From NCBI RefSeq assembly GCF_002113885.1, contig NW_018407846.1, forward strand, positions 81,492 to 145,491: a DNA stretch of 64,000 nt. Reading direction: 5' to 3'. Position 1 is the first letter of the stretch. Each line of letters starts with the position of its first letter. The position numbers and the translations under genes were made by a program. Below, in pieces: positions 14,859 through 27,700 of the stretch. The notes under the pieces were generated by a model. That model ran no database searches, was not told where the DNA came from, and worked only from the letters and a program-made list of their open reading frames with translations. The stretch is from Mizuhopecten yessoensis (Eukaryota).

Positions 14859-15878
14859 TGGTTTCCCTTTATCTTGCTCTTGTTTTTGTTTTGTTTGGAA
14901 TGTACCTTTGAAGCAAGGGATGCCGAATAATGACGGCACTTTGTTTGGTATTAGTTGGCATCTATATAAACTATTTCGATGCAGAATTTGTGTTGACGCA
15001 AGTTACATAAGTGCCAAGCTACGATTTGTTGTAGACATACAGTATATTTGTTATAGGAGCGGGAAAATGCACGGACAGACCGGGATTCGAACCAGGGACT
15101 CTCCGACCTCTTGACGGACGCTTTATCTGGTCGCCGGAGATCGATCCAGTCCAGTTCTGCTACATTCCTCCCTCCTTTTAAGTCTTCACCCTCAAAGAAA
15201 CAAATCATGTTTGGGTATCCATTTGCCAGGAATCCACGAAGTAAATGTACTTAAAACAAGGGTTGGCAAGCTCGCCAATTTTGTATTGGAGCGGGAAAAT
15301 GCACGGCCAATGCGAGATCCGAACCCGGGACCATCCGAACTCTAGACTCTAGACTCATACTTTTGTAATTACATTAAATATCCCAGAGTTCATAAAGTGA
15401 TCAGTACTTTCTATTAGTTCGACATCAAATCAATCCCTAGTTTATACAAGTTCTTTTTCTCCATGAAAACCCTGCAAGGATATTGTGTCTCGGTACCCAA
15501 CATCGGATAAAATAATTCTTTATGCAAAACCATCATTGTTGTATCATCAATGTGAAAAATGGTTACAGTGTGGTAATTCCAATTAGCTTCAAAGCTTCAC
15601 TAATAACCCATGTAAGATGCTCCTGTCTTTTCTCATAAAGCTGAGTCGAATAACCTCTCGCACTCCCCCTACCTAAGGACTAACCCACTTAATTGACGCG
15701 CCTACTGACTAATCATTGGAAGTGCATGCTTGGGTTATGTATATTCAACTTCAAAGAAGCAGTATAAAACATCGAAAAAAAATGTTTTTGTGATTATCAA
15801 ACATACAATATTGGAAATCAGTGAATATCTGCAGACACTGGTTTGATATTTGTTTTAGAGGAACATGATTTTATTTAC

Positions 15879-16087
15879 CGCAGAATATGCCGTCGATGTC
15901 TGTTCACTAAGAGCTGGCTTCTCCTCGACCCTTTCGTTTGTCCAGTTTAATCAGTGTTACTCGTGCAGCGATCGTACTTCACCGCGAACTTTGAAGTACA
16001 TCAAACGAATCATGGTTTATATATAAGGGGTATGCGTTTCACGCGATAACAAACCTGAGCCAAGGGACTGATTGAGATTTCTATTGG
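15879..16087 (-). promoter_or_regulatory. Candidate Pol II promoter and non-coding first exon of a minus-strand gene
   Basis: Minus strand CCAAT (16087-83), TATATAAA (16023-16), Inr-like TCAAAGT ~30 nt downstream, ~115-nt CpG-richer stretch ending GCG|gtaaat. Confidence 0.4.
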
Positions 16088-18475
16088 TAGACTATAACAT
16101 AACGCTACAGCTGTTTACGTAAGTATGAAACCTCTGGTCCCGGTAAAAGAATAGTTTGCAATGAGAAAGAGGATGTGTTTCTATTAAAACTTCAATTATA
16201 CCGTAAAAAGATTAACAAGAAGTACACAAACACAAAGTTAACTTGAAAATGACAATATTGCGCGATCTTGAATCTGAATTCCCATCTGGTATGNCACCCT
16301 CCACCCCCACCCCCTATCCTCATAATATGTTCAAAATATCGGTTTTCACGAACACGTTCTGTTTTTATTTTCGTACTATTGTCTCGATATATAGGAGAAG
16401 TGTGAGGTTTAACTTTGCGCTTCCACTAATACGACATCCTGGCTCTTGATCTGGTTATAACCTCGACCTTTAACGTTGACAGTCTGTATACACTGCTGCG
16501 ATGTAATTAGTAGGTGATAACGGAATGTCCGAGGGAAAGGGGGCGGGTGGGTGTGATTTCTGTCAAGTTACTCCGTGAACGATCGAGTAAACAATGTTTG
16601 AAATAAAACAGTTGAACAAACACATCTGTGTTAGAAGTACTGGAAAGTAAGGACGAACTGATAACAATGTTCTAATAGTATAATACAGGCGCAGATATNC
16701 CTCCTCTCTCTCTATCCCCCTCCCCCTCTTAATTGTCAAATGACCTTGGCAAGTAAAAAATCCCCCCGCATCTTCAAAATCCTTACACCTATTTTAAAAT
16801 CCAATTCCTGGATCGGTTCCTGTCGGGGGAAAAAAGAGTGCCAAAGAGAGGAAAGGAAAAAAAATGTCAAAGGTTGCGCGAACTGGGCTCAGCACCTTAA
16901 AAAATATGTAAACAAGCTATCTGATCGTGGCTTCCTATAATATTACGGTACTTCCGGTAGGATTACTTTACTTCCGGTTGGATTACGATGAATCGTATAG
17001 CTGAGAACAGGCTAGTGCTTAAATGATACATTGTAGATAAAAGTAATCCCTTGTAAATCTTAGCATTGTTTACAATTCAGAAAATAATTGAATTTGTTAT
17101 TATCTTTTCCATTTTCTTAAAGTATTACGAAACGATAAGGAAATAAAGAGAAATATGAGGGTATTTTGTTCTTGAAATAGAAGGACGGGTCTTTGAATTA
17201 CTGTAGAACAATTTTTTGATCAGACGAACTCGTATCTAACATTATAACCAAAAGACAATTCTGCTCTCGATGAAGATCAGTTCCGCTACATTCGAGAAAG
17301 CAGCTCCGAACCACGTTGAACCTTCGGACAATCAGTTAATCGAAATCAGAACTATCAGACAATGCAACGTATTGATGAAGATTGATCTATTGGACACCAG
17401 CAATATCAAGACTAATATAAAATGGTTTACTACGTACAGCTCCCAGCGTAGGGACACCTTGATTATATAAATTGTTACTCTGCATTTACGCGATTAAAAC
17501 TAACTTTGAACTCGGCTTAACAATGAGATATGTATTCAAAATTCAGGCAAACTGTTTTTAAGTTCAAGTGTTTTGTCAATATTAGAACGGGATCAATACG
17601 AGTTCACAAACTCACTCATTTCGATGGCGTACGGACAACGTGCTTATGTATGAATGGAATGTAAAGGAAGAGTAGGTACACACGCCAGAACGAGAAACGT
17701 TCCTTCATATCTATGTTCGCTGCTAGCTACACCCGACTCCGCTCTCACCGCGGTATTTTTATTCATACCACTACCGAGTATGATTACAAGCAATTGTTCT
17801 GGACCGCATACACTGTGAATACGTACACAACATCCGGAACGGATGCTGAATTCATTTTCCTAATGAAATATTCATCTGTTACAAAAGGAGCATCGAGAAT
17901 GATATCAAAATTGGATTACTGTGAGTGCTTAAAATGAAATCGTAAAAAATATTATTGAAACTTCTCGGTGTTGGATTAATGCTGCTTTGATTCTATATCA
18001 CTTTGTGTACCAGAGATTTCTTTAGAACAATATGTCACGCACATGACCACAACATAAAAAAACATAGTTCGATCGTCATTGGATTGATGTAACATCATCA
18101 TTGAACAAGCTAGATTCGGTTTACCAGGTGAAATGAGTGAATAACGCACAGGAGCAGTCTTCCGGATTATAATAGAATGTCTATGACGGTTTACTAGTAA
18201 AACCCCGAACGGAGAAATTTCGTTTTTTGACATTGGCCACCTGGCGCTAGTGACAGAGCTCAACATAATACATTTCACGGAAACGGTAAAAGAAATACGG
18301 TCTGAAAAACTTAACCGTTTTGCCAGTGTGTGAGAACATGTTTTACTTATGAATAATTGAATAATCAATGGATGGATGTTAAGAAGGCTATTCCCCGGAA
18401 AAAGTGATTTTGATATAGACTTCACATACATTCTTTCACCTGTGTTCGTCTATACGTCACATTCCAAATTTTAAT

Positions 18476-18700
18476 ATGGATGTATTAAGGTATATGTTCC
18501 TTATGATAGGGTTTATATCAACTGTTTGTGGCAACGTCACTAAACACCAAAGTGATATTGGTGACAAAATTACAGACGAGGAGGCTGCACGTGCATGGCT
18601 CGATCAATACAATCGGGATGCCACGGACATTTTCTATGAGAGTTCAGTCATCAGCTGGAACTACAGCACAAATATAACAGTATATAACCAGAAACTAACG
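18476..18700 (+). CDS. ACE: ACE-like exon 1 (signal peptide + start of domain 1)
   Basis: [19 protein letters not shown] then [11 protein letters not shown]...[16 protein letters not shown]; donor ACG|gtaagt, phase 0. Confidence 0.9.
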
Positions 18701-21700
18701 GTAAGTATCAATATCGGTACCCATTATAATCAAACGGGTGAAATAATACTTACACAATGTAAGTATAGCGCATGATCGTTTGTCCTATAGGTATAATGTA
18801 TATATGTATAATCTGTACTGTACATACCTGTACCATGTTTAGTACGTACATGCAGGTTTAATGTACAGTACATTGTATGATATTATATGATATACATCAT
18901 ACATGTTTGATGCAACACGTGTCATCCATAATATGTACATCTGTACATACAGATATTCTGTGTACCACATTGCTTATTTTACCTGAAGATATTACCTAAA
19001 AGATGTAATACACTGTACAAGTATTTTGTGTTAATAATTACAAATAAATGTTATAAAAGATATGAACATGTAATTCATATATCAAGAATAATATGTAAAT
19101 ACAGGTATCATATATCAAACACACAATCAGGGTGAACTCGTCGTTACATACATATACAATGTACATATAATTCGTATATTCAGGTGTAACATGTTTTCGA
19201 ACCTACAGGTGTAGCATAAAATGTATATTATGTACGTAAAGATGTAACATAAAATTCGTACGCACAGATAGAGTATATTTCTTGAGTGTAGATAGAATGT
19301 AAAATTCGTGATACAGGTGTTACGCATGATCGTATAATTTGTAAGTACATATAGATAATATTTTTCTTGCGTACATAAATAATGCATAATTCGTGCAACA
19401 GTTGTAACGCATAATACGTACGCAAAAGAGTACCGTTCAAATCTATAATGTATACGAACAGGTGTAACATACTAGTACGTACAGAAAGGGGATATTTCTT
19501 ACATACAGATACGTGTATACTGTATTATGTGTGCGACATATGTAACGTATACTTCGCACGTACAAGTGTAAAGTATAATGTATACGTATAGGTGTTAAGT
19601 AAAATGAGTACGTACAGGTGTTAATTAGAATTTGTACTTACAGGTGTAAAGTATAATTCCTATGTACGGGTGTAACTTATATTCGTACGTACAAGTGTAA
19701 CGTATAATTCATTTGTACAGTTATGGCGTATAAATCTTACGTACACGTGTAACGTATCATCCTTAAGTACCGATGCAATATGCAGAGTAATCCGTAGAGG
19801 TGTAACGTGTAATTAGTTTCGGGTGTGACGAATTGTACAATGTGCATGTATATATGGTACGTACACGTGTAAGGTATTCTGTAACGTATACTTCGTACGT
19901 ACCGGTGTAACTTACTATTATTTCCCCTTTGAGAAAAATCTAGGAATCTGATTGGTTACAAACTACAGTGTACCAAAACCGCATTTGTCAATCTCAGAGG
20001 GTATACGAAAATCTCAGGGGATATACGGTCATGTCACGTGATTCTCAGCAGTAATACGGTGGAATCACGTGATTTTACAAGGGTCACGTGTCTTTGTATC
20101 TTGCGGCCGGGCAACGGGAGACAACTCGCATTCGTCGTCTGCTTCCGGCGCTGTTTACAAAATGGCAAAACGTTTCGCTTCGCATACTGATGAGGAAATA
20201 CTCGCCAAAAGGGCAAACTATGTGCCACAAAACACACAAAAGTCGAACAGACGAGTGGCAAACATGCTGAGGACGTATTTGAAAGAAAAGAATCAGGAAG
20301 AACAGTTCGAGGAATTTGATAAAACGAAACTAAATGAGGTACTGTGCCATTTTCATCTTGACAACTGAAAAGTTGACGGAGAACCGTACAAAACCAATAT
20401 AAAAGACTCAAAGAGGGAATAAATTCGTTACACGGATTTTTGGCAGGGTATAAGGGATGGTATGACCCTACGGGATTTCGTATTTCCTTCGGCCTATCGG
20501 CCTCAGGAAATACGAAACCCTTTCGGGTCATACCATCCCGTATACCTTGCCAAAAATCCGTGTAACTAATATTATACGTGCAATGTATATTTCGTACGTA
20601 CCGGTGTAACTTACTATTTTAAATGTACGTGCACTGTGTATTTCGTACGTACCGGTGTAACTTACTATTATACGTGCAATGTGTATTTCGTACGTACCGG
20701 TGTAACTTACTATTATACGTGCAATGTGTATTTCGTACGTACCGGTGTAACTTACTATTATACGTGCAATGTGTATTTCGTACGTACCGGTGTAACTTAC
20801 TATTATACGTGCAATGTGTATTTCGTACGTACCGGTGTAACTTACTATTATACGTGCAATGTGTATTTCGTACGTACCGGTGTAACTTACTATTATACGT
20901 GCAATGTGTATTTCGTACGTACCGGTGTAACTTACTATTATACGTGCAATGTGTATTTCGTACGTACCGGTGTAACTTACTATTATACGTGCAATGTGTA
21001 TTTTGTACGTACTGGTGTAACTTACTATTATACGTGCAATGTGTATTTCGTACGTACCGGTGTAACTTACTATTATACGTGCAATGTGTATTTCGTACGT
21101 ACCGGTGTAACTTACTATTATACGTGCAATGTGTATTTCGTACGTACCGGTGTAACTTACTATTATACGTGTAATGTGTATTTTGTACGTACCGGTGTAA
21201 CTTACTATTATACGTGCAATGTGTATTTCGTACGTACCGGTGTAACTTACTATTATACGTGCAATGTGTATTTTGTACGTACCGGTGTAACTTACTATTA
21301 TACGTGCAATGTGTATTTTGTACGTACTGGTGTAACTTACTATTATACGTGCAATGTGTATTTTGTACGTACCGGTGTAACTTACTATTATACGTGCAAT
21401 GTGTATTTTGTACGTACCGGTGTAACTTACTATTATACGTGCAATGTGTATTTTGTACGTACCGGTGTAACTTACTATTATACGTGCAATGTGTATTTTG
21501 TACGTACCGGTGTAACTTACTATTATACGTGCAATGTGTATTTTGTACGTACCGGTGTAACTTACTATTATACGTGTAATGTGTATTTTGTACGTACCGG
21601 TGTAACTTACTATTATACGTGTAATGTGTATTTCGTACGTACCGGTGTAACTTACTATTATACGTGCAATGTGTATTTTGTACGTACCGGTGTAACTTAC

Positions 21701-24700
21701 TATTATACGTGCAATGTGTATTTTGTACGTACTGGTGTAACTTACTATTATACGTGCAATGTGTATTTTGTACGTACCGGTGTAACTTACTATTATACGT
21801 GCAATGTGTATTTTGTACGTACTGGTGTAACTTACTATTATACGTGCAATGTGTATTTTGTACGTACCGGTGTAACTTACTATTATACGTGCAATGTGTA
21901 TTTTGTACGTACTGGTGTAACTTACTATTATACGTGCAATGTGTATTTTGTACGTACCGGTGTAACTTACTATTATACGTGCAATGTGTATTTTGTACGT
22001 ACTGGTGTAACTTACTATTATACGTGCAATGTGTATTTTGTACGTACCGGTGTAACTTACTATTATACGTGCAATGTGTATTTTGTACGTACTGGTGTAA
22101 CTTACTATTATACGTGCAATGTGTATTTTGTACGTACCGGTGTAACTTACTATTATACGTGCAATGTGTATTTTGTACGTACTGGTGTAACTTACTATTA
22201 TACGTGCAATGTGTATTTTGTACGTACCGGTGTAACTTACTATTATACGTGCAATGTGTATTTTGTACGTACTGGTGTAACTTACTATTATACGTGCAAT
22301 GTGTATTTTGTACGTACCGGTGTAACTTACTATTATACGTGCAATGTGTATTTTGTACGTACTGGTGTAACTTACTATTATACGTGCAATGTGTATTTTG
22401 TACGTACCGGTGTAACTTACTATTATACGTGCAATGTGTATTTTGTACGTACCGGTGTAACTTACTATTATACGTGCAATGTGTATTTTGTACGTACTGG
22501 TGTAACTTACTATTATACGTGCAATGTGTATTTTGTACGTACCGGTGTAACTTACTATTATACGTGCAATGTGTATTTTGTACGTACCGGTGTAACTTAC
22601 TATTATACGTGCAATGTGTATTTCGTACGTACCGGTGTAACTTACTATTATACGTGCAATGTGTATTTTGTACGTACCGGTGTAACTTACTATTATACGT
22701 GCAATGTGTATTTTGTACGTACCGGTGTAACTTACTATTATACGTGCAATGTGTATTTTGTACGTACTGGTGTAACTTACTATTATACGTGCAATGTGTA
22801 TTTCGTACGTACCGGTGTAACTTACTATTATACGTGCAATGTGTATTTTGTACGTACCGGTGTAACTTACTATTATACGTGCAATGTGTATTTTGTACGT
22901 ACTGGTGTAACTTACTATTATACGTGCAATGTGTATTTTGTACGTACCGGTGTAACTTACTATTATACGTGCAATGTGTATTTTGTACGTACTGGTGTAA
23001 CTTACTATTATACGTGCAATGTGTATTTTGTACGTACCGGTGTAACTTACTATTATACGTGCAATGTGTATTTTGTACGTACCGGTGTAACTTACTATTA
23101 TACGTGCAATGTGTATTTTGTACGTACTGGTGTAACTTACTATTATACGTGCAATGTGTATTTTGTACGTACCGGTGTAACTTACTATTATACGTGCAAT
23201 GTGTATTTTGTACGTACCGGTGTAACTTACTATTATACGTGCAATGTGTATTTTGTACGTACTGGTGTAACTTACTATTATACGTGCAATGTGTATTTTG
23301 TACGTACCGGTGTAACTTACTATTATACGTGCAATGTGTATTTTGTACGTACCGGTGTAACTTACTATTATACGTGCAATGTGTATTTTGTACGTACTGG
23401 TGTAACTTACTATTATACGTGCAATGTGTATTTTGTACGTACCGGTGTAACTTACTATTATACGTGCAATGTGTATTTTGTACGTACTGGTGTAACTTAC
23501 TATTATACGTGCAATGTGTATTTTGTACGTACCGGTGTAACTTACTATTATACGTGCAATGTGTATTTTGTACGTACTGGTGTAACTTACTATTATACGT
23601 GCAATGTGTATTTTGTACGTACCGGTGTAACTTACTATTATACGTGCAATGTGTATTTTGTACGTACTGGTGTAACTTACTATTATACGTGCAATGTGTA
23701 TTTTGTACGTACCGGTGTAACTTACTATTATACGTGCAATGTGTATTTTGTACGTACCGGTGTAACTTACTATTATACGTGCAATGTGTATTTTGTACGT
23801 ACTGGTGTAACTTACTATTATACGTGCAATGTGTATTTTGTACGTACCGGTGTAACTTACTATTATACGTGCAATGTGTATTTTGTACGTACCGGTGTAA
23901 CTTACTATTATACGTGCAATGTGTATTTTGTACGTACCGGTGTAACTTACTATTATACGTGCAATGTGTATTTTGTACGTACCGGTGTAACTTACTATTA
24001 TACGTGCAATGTGTATTTTGTACGTACCGGTGTAACTTACTATTATACGTGCAATGTGTATTTTGTACGTACCGGTGTAACTTACTATTATACGTGCAAT
24101 GTGTATTTTGTACGTACCGGTGTAACTTACTATTATACGTGCAATGTGTATTTTGTACGTACCGGTGTAACTTACTATTATACGTGCAATGTGTATTTTG
24201 TACGTACCGGTGTAACTTACTATTATACGTGCAATGTGTATTTCGTACGTACCGGTGTAACTTACTATTATACGTGCAATGTGTATTTTGTACGTACCGG
24301 TGTAACTTACTATTATACGTGCAATGTGTATTTTGTACGTACTGGTGTAACTTACTATTATACGTGCAATGTGTATTTTGTACGTACTGGTGTAACTTAC
24401 TATTATACGTGCAATTTGTATTTCGTACACACTGGTGTAACTTACTATTATACGTGCAATGTGCATTTTGTACGTACTGGTGTAACTTACTATTATACGT
24501 GCAATGTGTATTTCGTACACACCGGTGTAACTTACTAATATACGTGCAATGTTTATTTCGTACGTACCGGTGTAACTTACTATTATACGTGCAATGTTTA
24601 TTTTGTACGTACTGGTGTAACTTACTATTATACGTGCAGTGTGTATTTCGTACACACCGGTGTAACTTACTATTATACGTGCAATGTGTATGATGTACGT

Positions 24701-27700
24701 ACTGGTGTAACTTACTATTATACGTGCAATGTGTATTTCGTACACACAGGTGTAACTTACTATTATACGTGCAATGTTTATTTCGTACGTACCGGTGTAA
24801 CTTACTATTTTATATGTACGTGTACTGTGTATTTCGTACGTACCGGTGTAACTTATTATTATACGTGCAATGTGTATTTCGTACGCACCGGTGTAACTTA
24901 CTATTATACGTGTGCTGTGTATTTCGTACGGACCGGTGTAACTTACTATTATACGTGTACTGTGTATTTTGTACATACCGGTGTAACGTGCATCACACGC
25001 ATTACACAATGTATTACATGTATTTAGTTAAAGGTCATATGGTAACAATCAGTTATGCAGATATACATTAAATAATTATTATATATATGAATATTTGTTT
25101 TGCACTTCTTTTCAAATAGTATGCATGTTTCAGAAAAAAAGATTCAGCTGATTTAAGAAAGATCATTTATTATACCGTGCATACAAAAAGTTGCACAAGT
25201 ATAGAAGTGGCACTTAGATGTAGTTGAATACTGGTGAAGAGGGTCGGGACGACCTGTAAATCATAAGTCTGTTGGTTGATTATGGGTACATTGTACCTGT
25301 AATTGGAACACTGTAAAATATGGAATATACAGAAAAAATGGAAACACACATTACATCTGGAGATTGTTAACCAAGTATACACAATAACAATACGTGATGG
25401 ATAGCAATTAATGATAAAATGATTAAAATGATTAATCCAGTAATGTTTGGTTTTGTCACTGGAATTTATGGTTTGCAGCATTACTCTGTGTTACTGTTGA
25501 CAGGAATAACTTATACTCTCCCATTACTGTATACAGTACGGGCGCGTTTAAATGTATGCCATCTCTTTGAGCCCTAAATCAAAATGGGCCACAGCCTACG
25601 TTTATACATGTACAAAATTAAGTCCTTTTTGCCCAAGTTTGCTCTAGACCAAACGTCTTTAGAATAAACGAAGCAGGATTTTGAATATTTAGTTTAAAAC
25701 CTTCTTCTGTAACCAAAGAGAAGAATATTAAGAGTTATCTTTATTTCCCCTATTGGGCGCCTGTACCTTTGGCCAAGGAGGCCACACCATCCGTTTATGC
25801 AAATTGAGTACCCTTTGCCCAAGAATGATTAAGAACAAATCTGGTTAAGATTCCTCCATTCGAACAGGAAGAGAAGAATTTTGGAAGGTGACCTCTATTT
25901 TCACTACTATGCCCGCCCTTTTGCCCCACAGAGGTGGGGAACTCCTTAATTTATACAAAATTGAGTCCCTTTTACTCAAGGATGTTCCAAACCTAGTTTA
26001 CTTAAAATGTTTCCTTTCGTTTAGAAGGAAAAAGAAATAAAATTTAACCTCTGTTTCCCTCATTTGGCCCACATGACTCTGCCCCTAGAGGAGTCCATTT
26101 TTACCTAGGGTGCTCGCAACAAAATTTGGCAAACATTCTCTTCATTCGTAATGAGGGAAAAGGACTTTTTAAGAATGAATTTCCCCGCCCCTTAAATCCC
26201 AGGGAGGCCACACCTTCCATGCATACAACATTGAGTCCCTTTGCTCTAATGGAGATCCAACCAAATTTGGTCAAAATCCACTTAGCAGTTCAGGATTATT
26301 AGCGGTTTTACGAAAAAGTTGAAGGATGGACGATACCGTGCCACAGCATGATCCTTTTTTGACCAGATGAGCTAAAAAAAAGGGTGTGGAGTTATCTAGC
26401 ACGTCAGACTTCTATGACAACTGTTTCCCTTACTGATACTGTTTGTAGGACAGTTCCAGCAATTGCCTGTACATATGTCGAATGGAGATCTAACATAGCG
26501 GGCATGTATTCAGGGAAAATGATTAAAGATTTGTTTTCGGGGTGAAGCGTGTAGCGGATCTGATCGAGTCGAAATCTGGTGATTATATATACATTATAGC
26601 GATGGAGCGTCCGTCAAAAGTTCGGAAGGTCAAGATTTTGAATTTCTGACTGGTCCTTACATCTTCTTGTTTTTACAAAATGTGTACAAATGCATTAGGA
26701 AGGTCAAAATTACGCTAATAACGGCAAGTAGTGCATCACAGCGAGTGTGGGTAAGAAGTAAAACAGTTCACATTTTACATACTGCCATATTTTGGTGCTT
26801 GCGTTCGATTCGCACTTACACAATGTATAAGCGTAGCGCGATTGAAAACACTACGGAGAATATCTGTGTCGTATCAAACAAGATTAGGCACATAGTGACC
26901 GCTATCTTTAGCCTCGCTAGCTAAAAACTCGCAATCTTCTTCATTACACGAACGAATGATTTGGTAATGTCTTGCGTAGCATATGATAACACATTCATCG
27001 TTTTCGCCTTTAACAAATGGCAGTTTTGATAATGTCCGCCCCGTGCTTCGTTCCTTGACGGTGACAGGTTCTTCAGATAAGGGGCTCTTACTGCTTGAGC
27101 TAATGTGCTGTTGTCATCTGATATACAGGAGAGGCCCAAGCTGTAAAAATAAATCACGGCTTTGGTTTACAACAACAGTTTAGCAATGCCTTCAGCATGA
27201 TACTCGTTTTGAAACATTACATATGCTGACATCAGTTTTCTTTTTAGTGCATTTACATTAGTCTCCCTGATTTTGCGTGATTTTTTTTTTGTAACTAAGT
27301 AATGTCTTAAAGAATGTTGAAATTAAAGTCACGACATTTGCAACCATCTGTTTTTTCCCAATAGTTCGTGAAGTACTTGATGAATGTTTCTGGTCGTGTG
27401 TAGCGCAGTGCCCTACTGAGACTATTCTCGAATTGTATTACAATTCCAATTGTATCCAATCAACGAAATCATATAAAAACAGACGTTTCGTGGAATAGTA
27501 AACTACACAGTAAAAGATAACAGTCAGCGGAACAGCTGGAGGATCAGAGCAACAACAATGCTAGAAGTATTGAAGCGATCACTAATGAAAAAGATAGTAA
27601 GTGGTTGCATGAGATTTACTCATACAATCCTCAATTAAAGTCATGTAAAAGCATGCACGCGTGATCAAAACTTCAGAAGTTTTTTTTTTTTTTTACATTT

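Noticed and set aside
14679-15350. Functional tRNA genes
   Set aside because: Only A/B-box fragments, no complete cloverleaf; SINE-type tails and context
17976-18431. 151-aa minus ORF upstream of ACE
   Set aside because: No recognisable homology or splice support; likely a chance ORF
20575-24990. CRISPR-like array
   Set aside because: Head-to-tail repeats with no unique spacers, no cas genes, eukaryotic spliced-gene context; same for the other arrays
20528-25071. 1493-aa, 1300-aa and 1009-aa repetitive ORFs on both strands
   Set aside because: By-products of a 45-bp (multiple of 3) unit lacking stops in three frames; intronic, overlapping on both strands, variants explained by CpG decay
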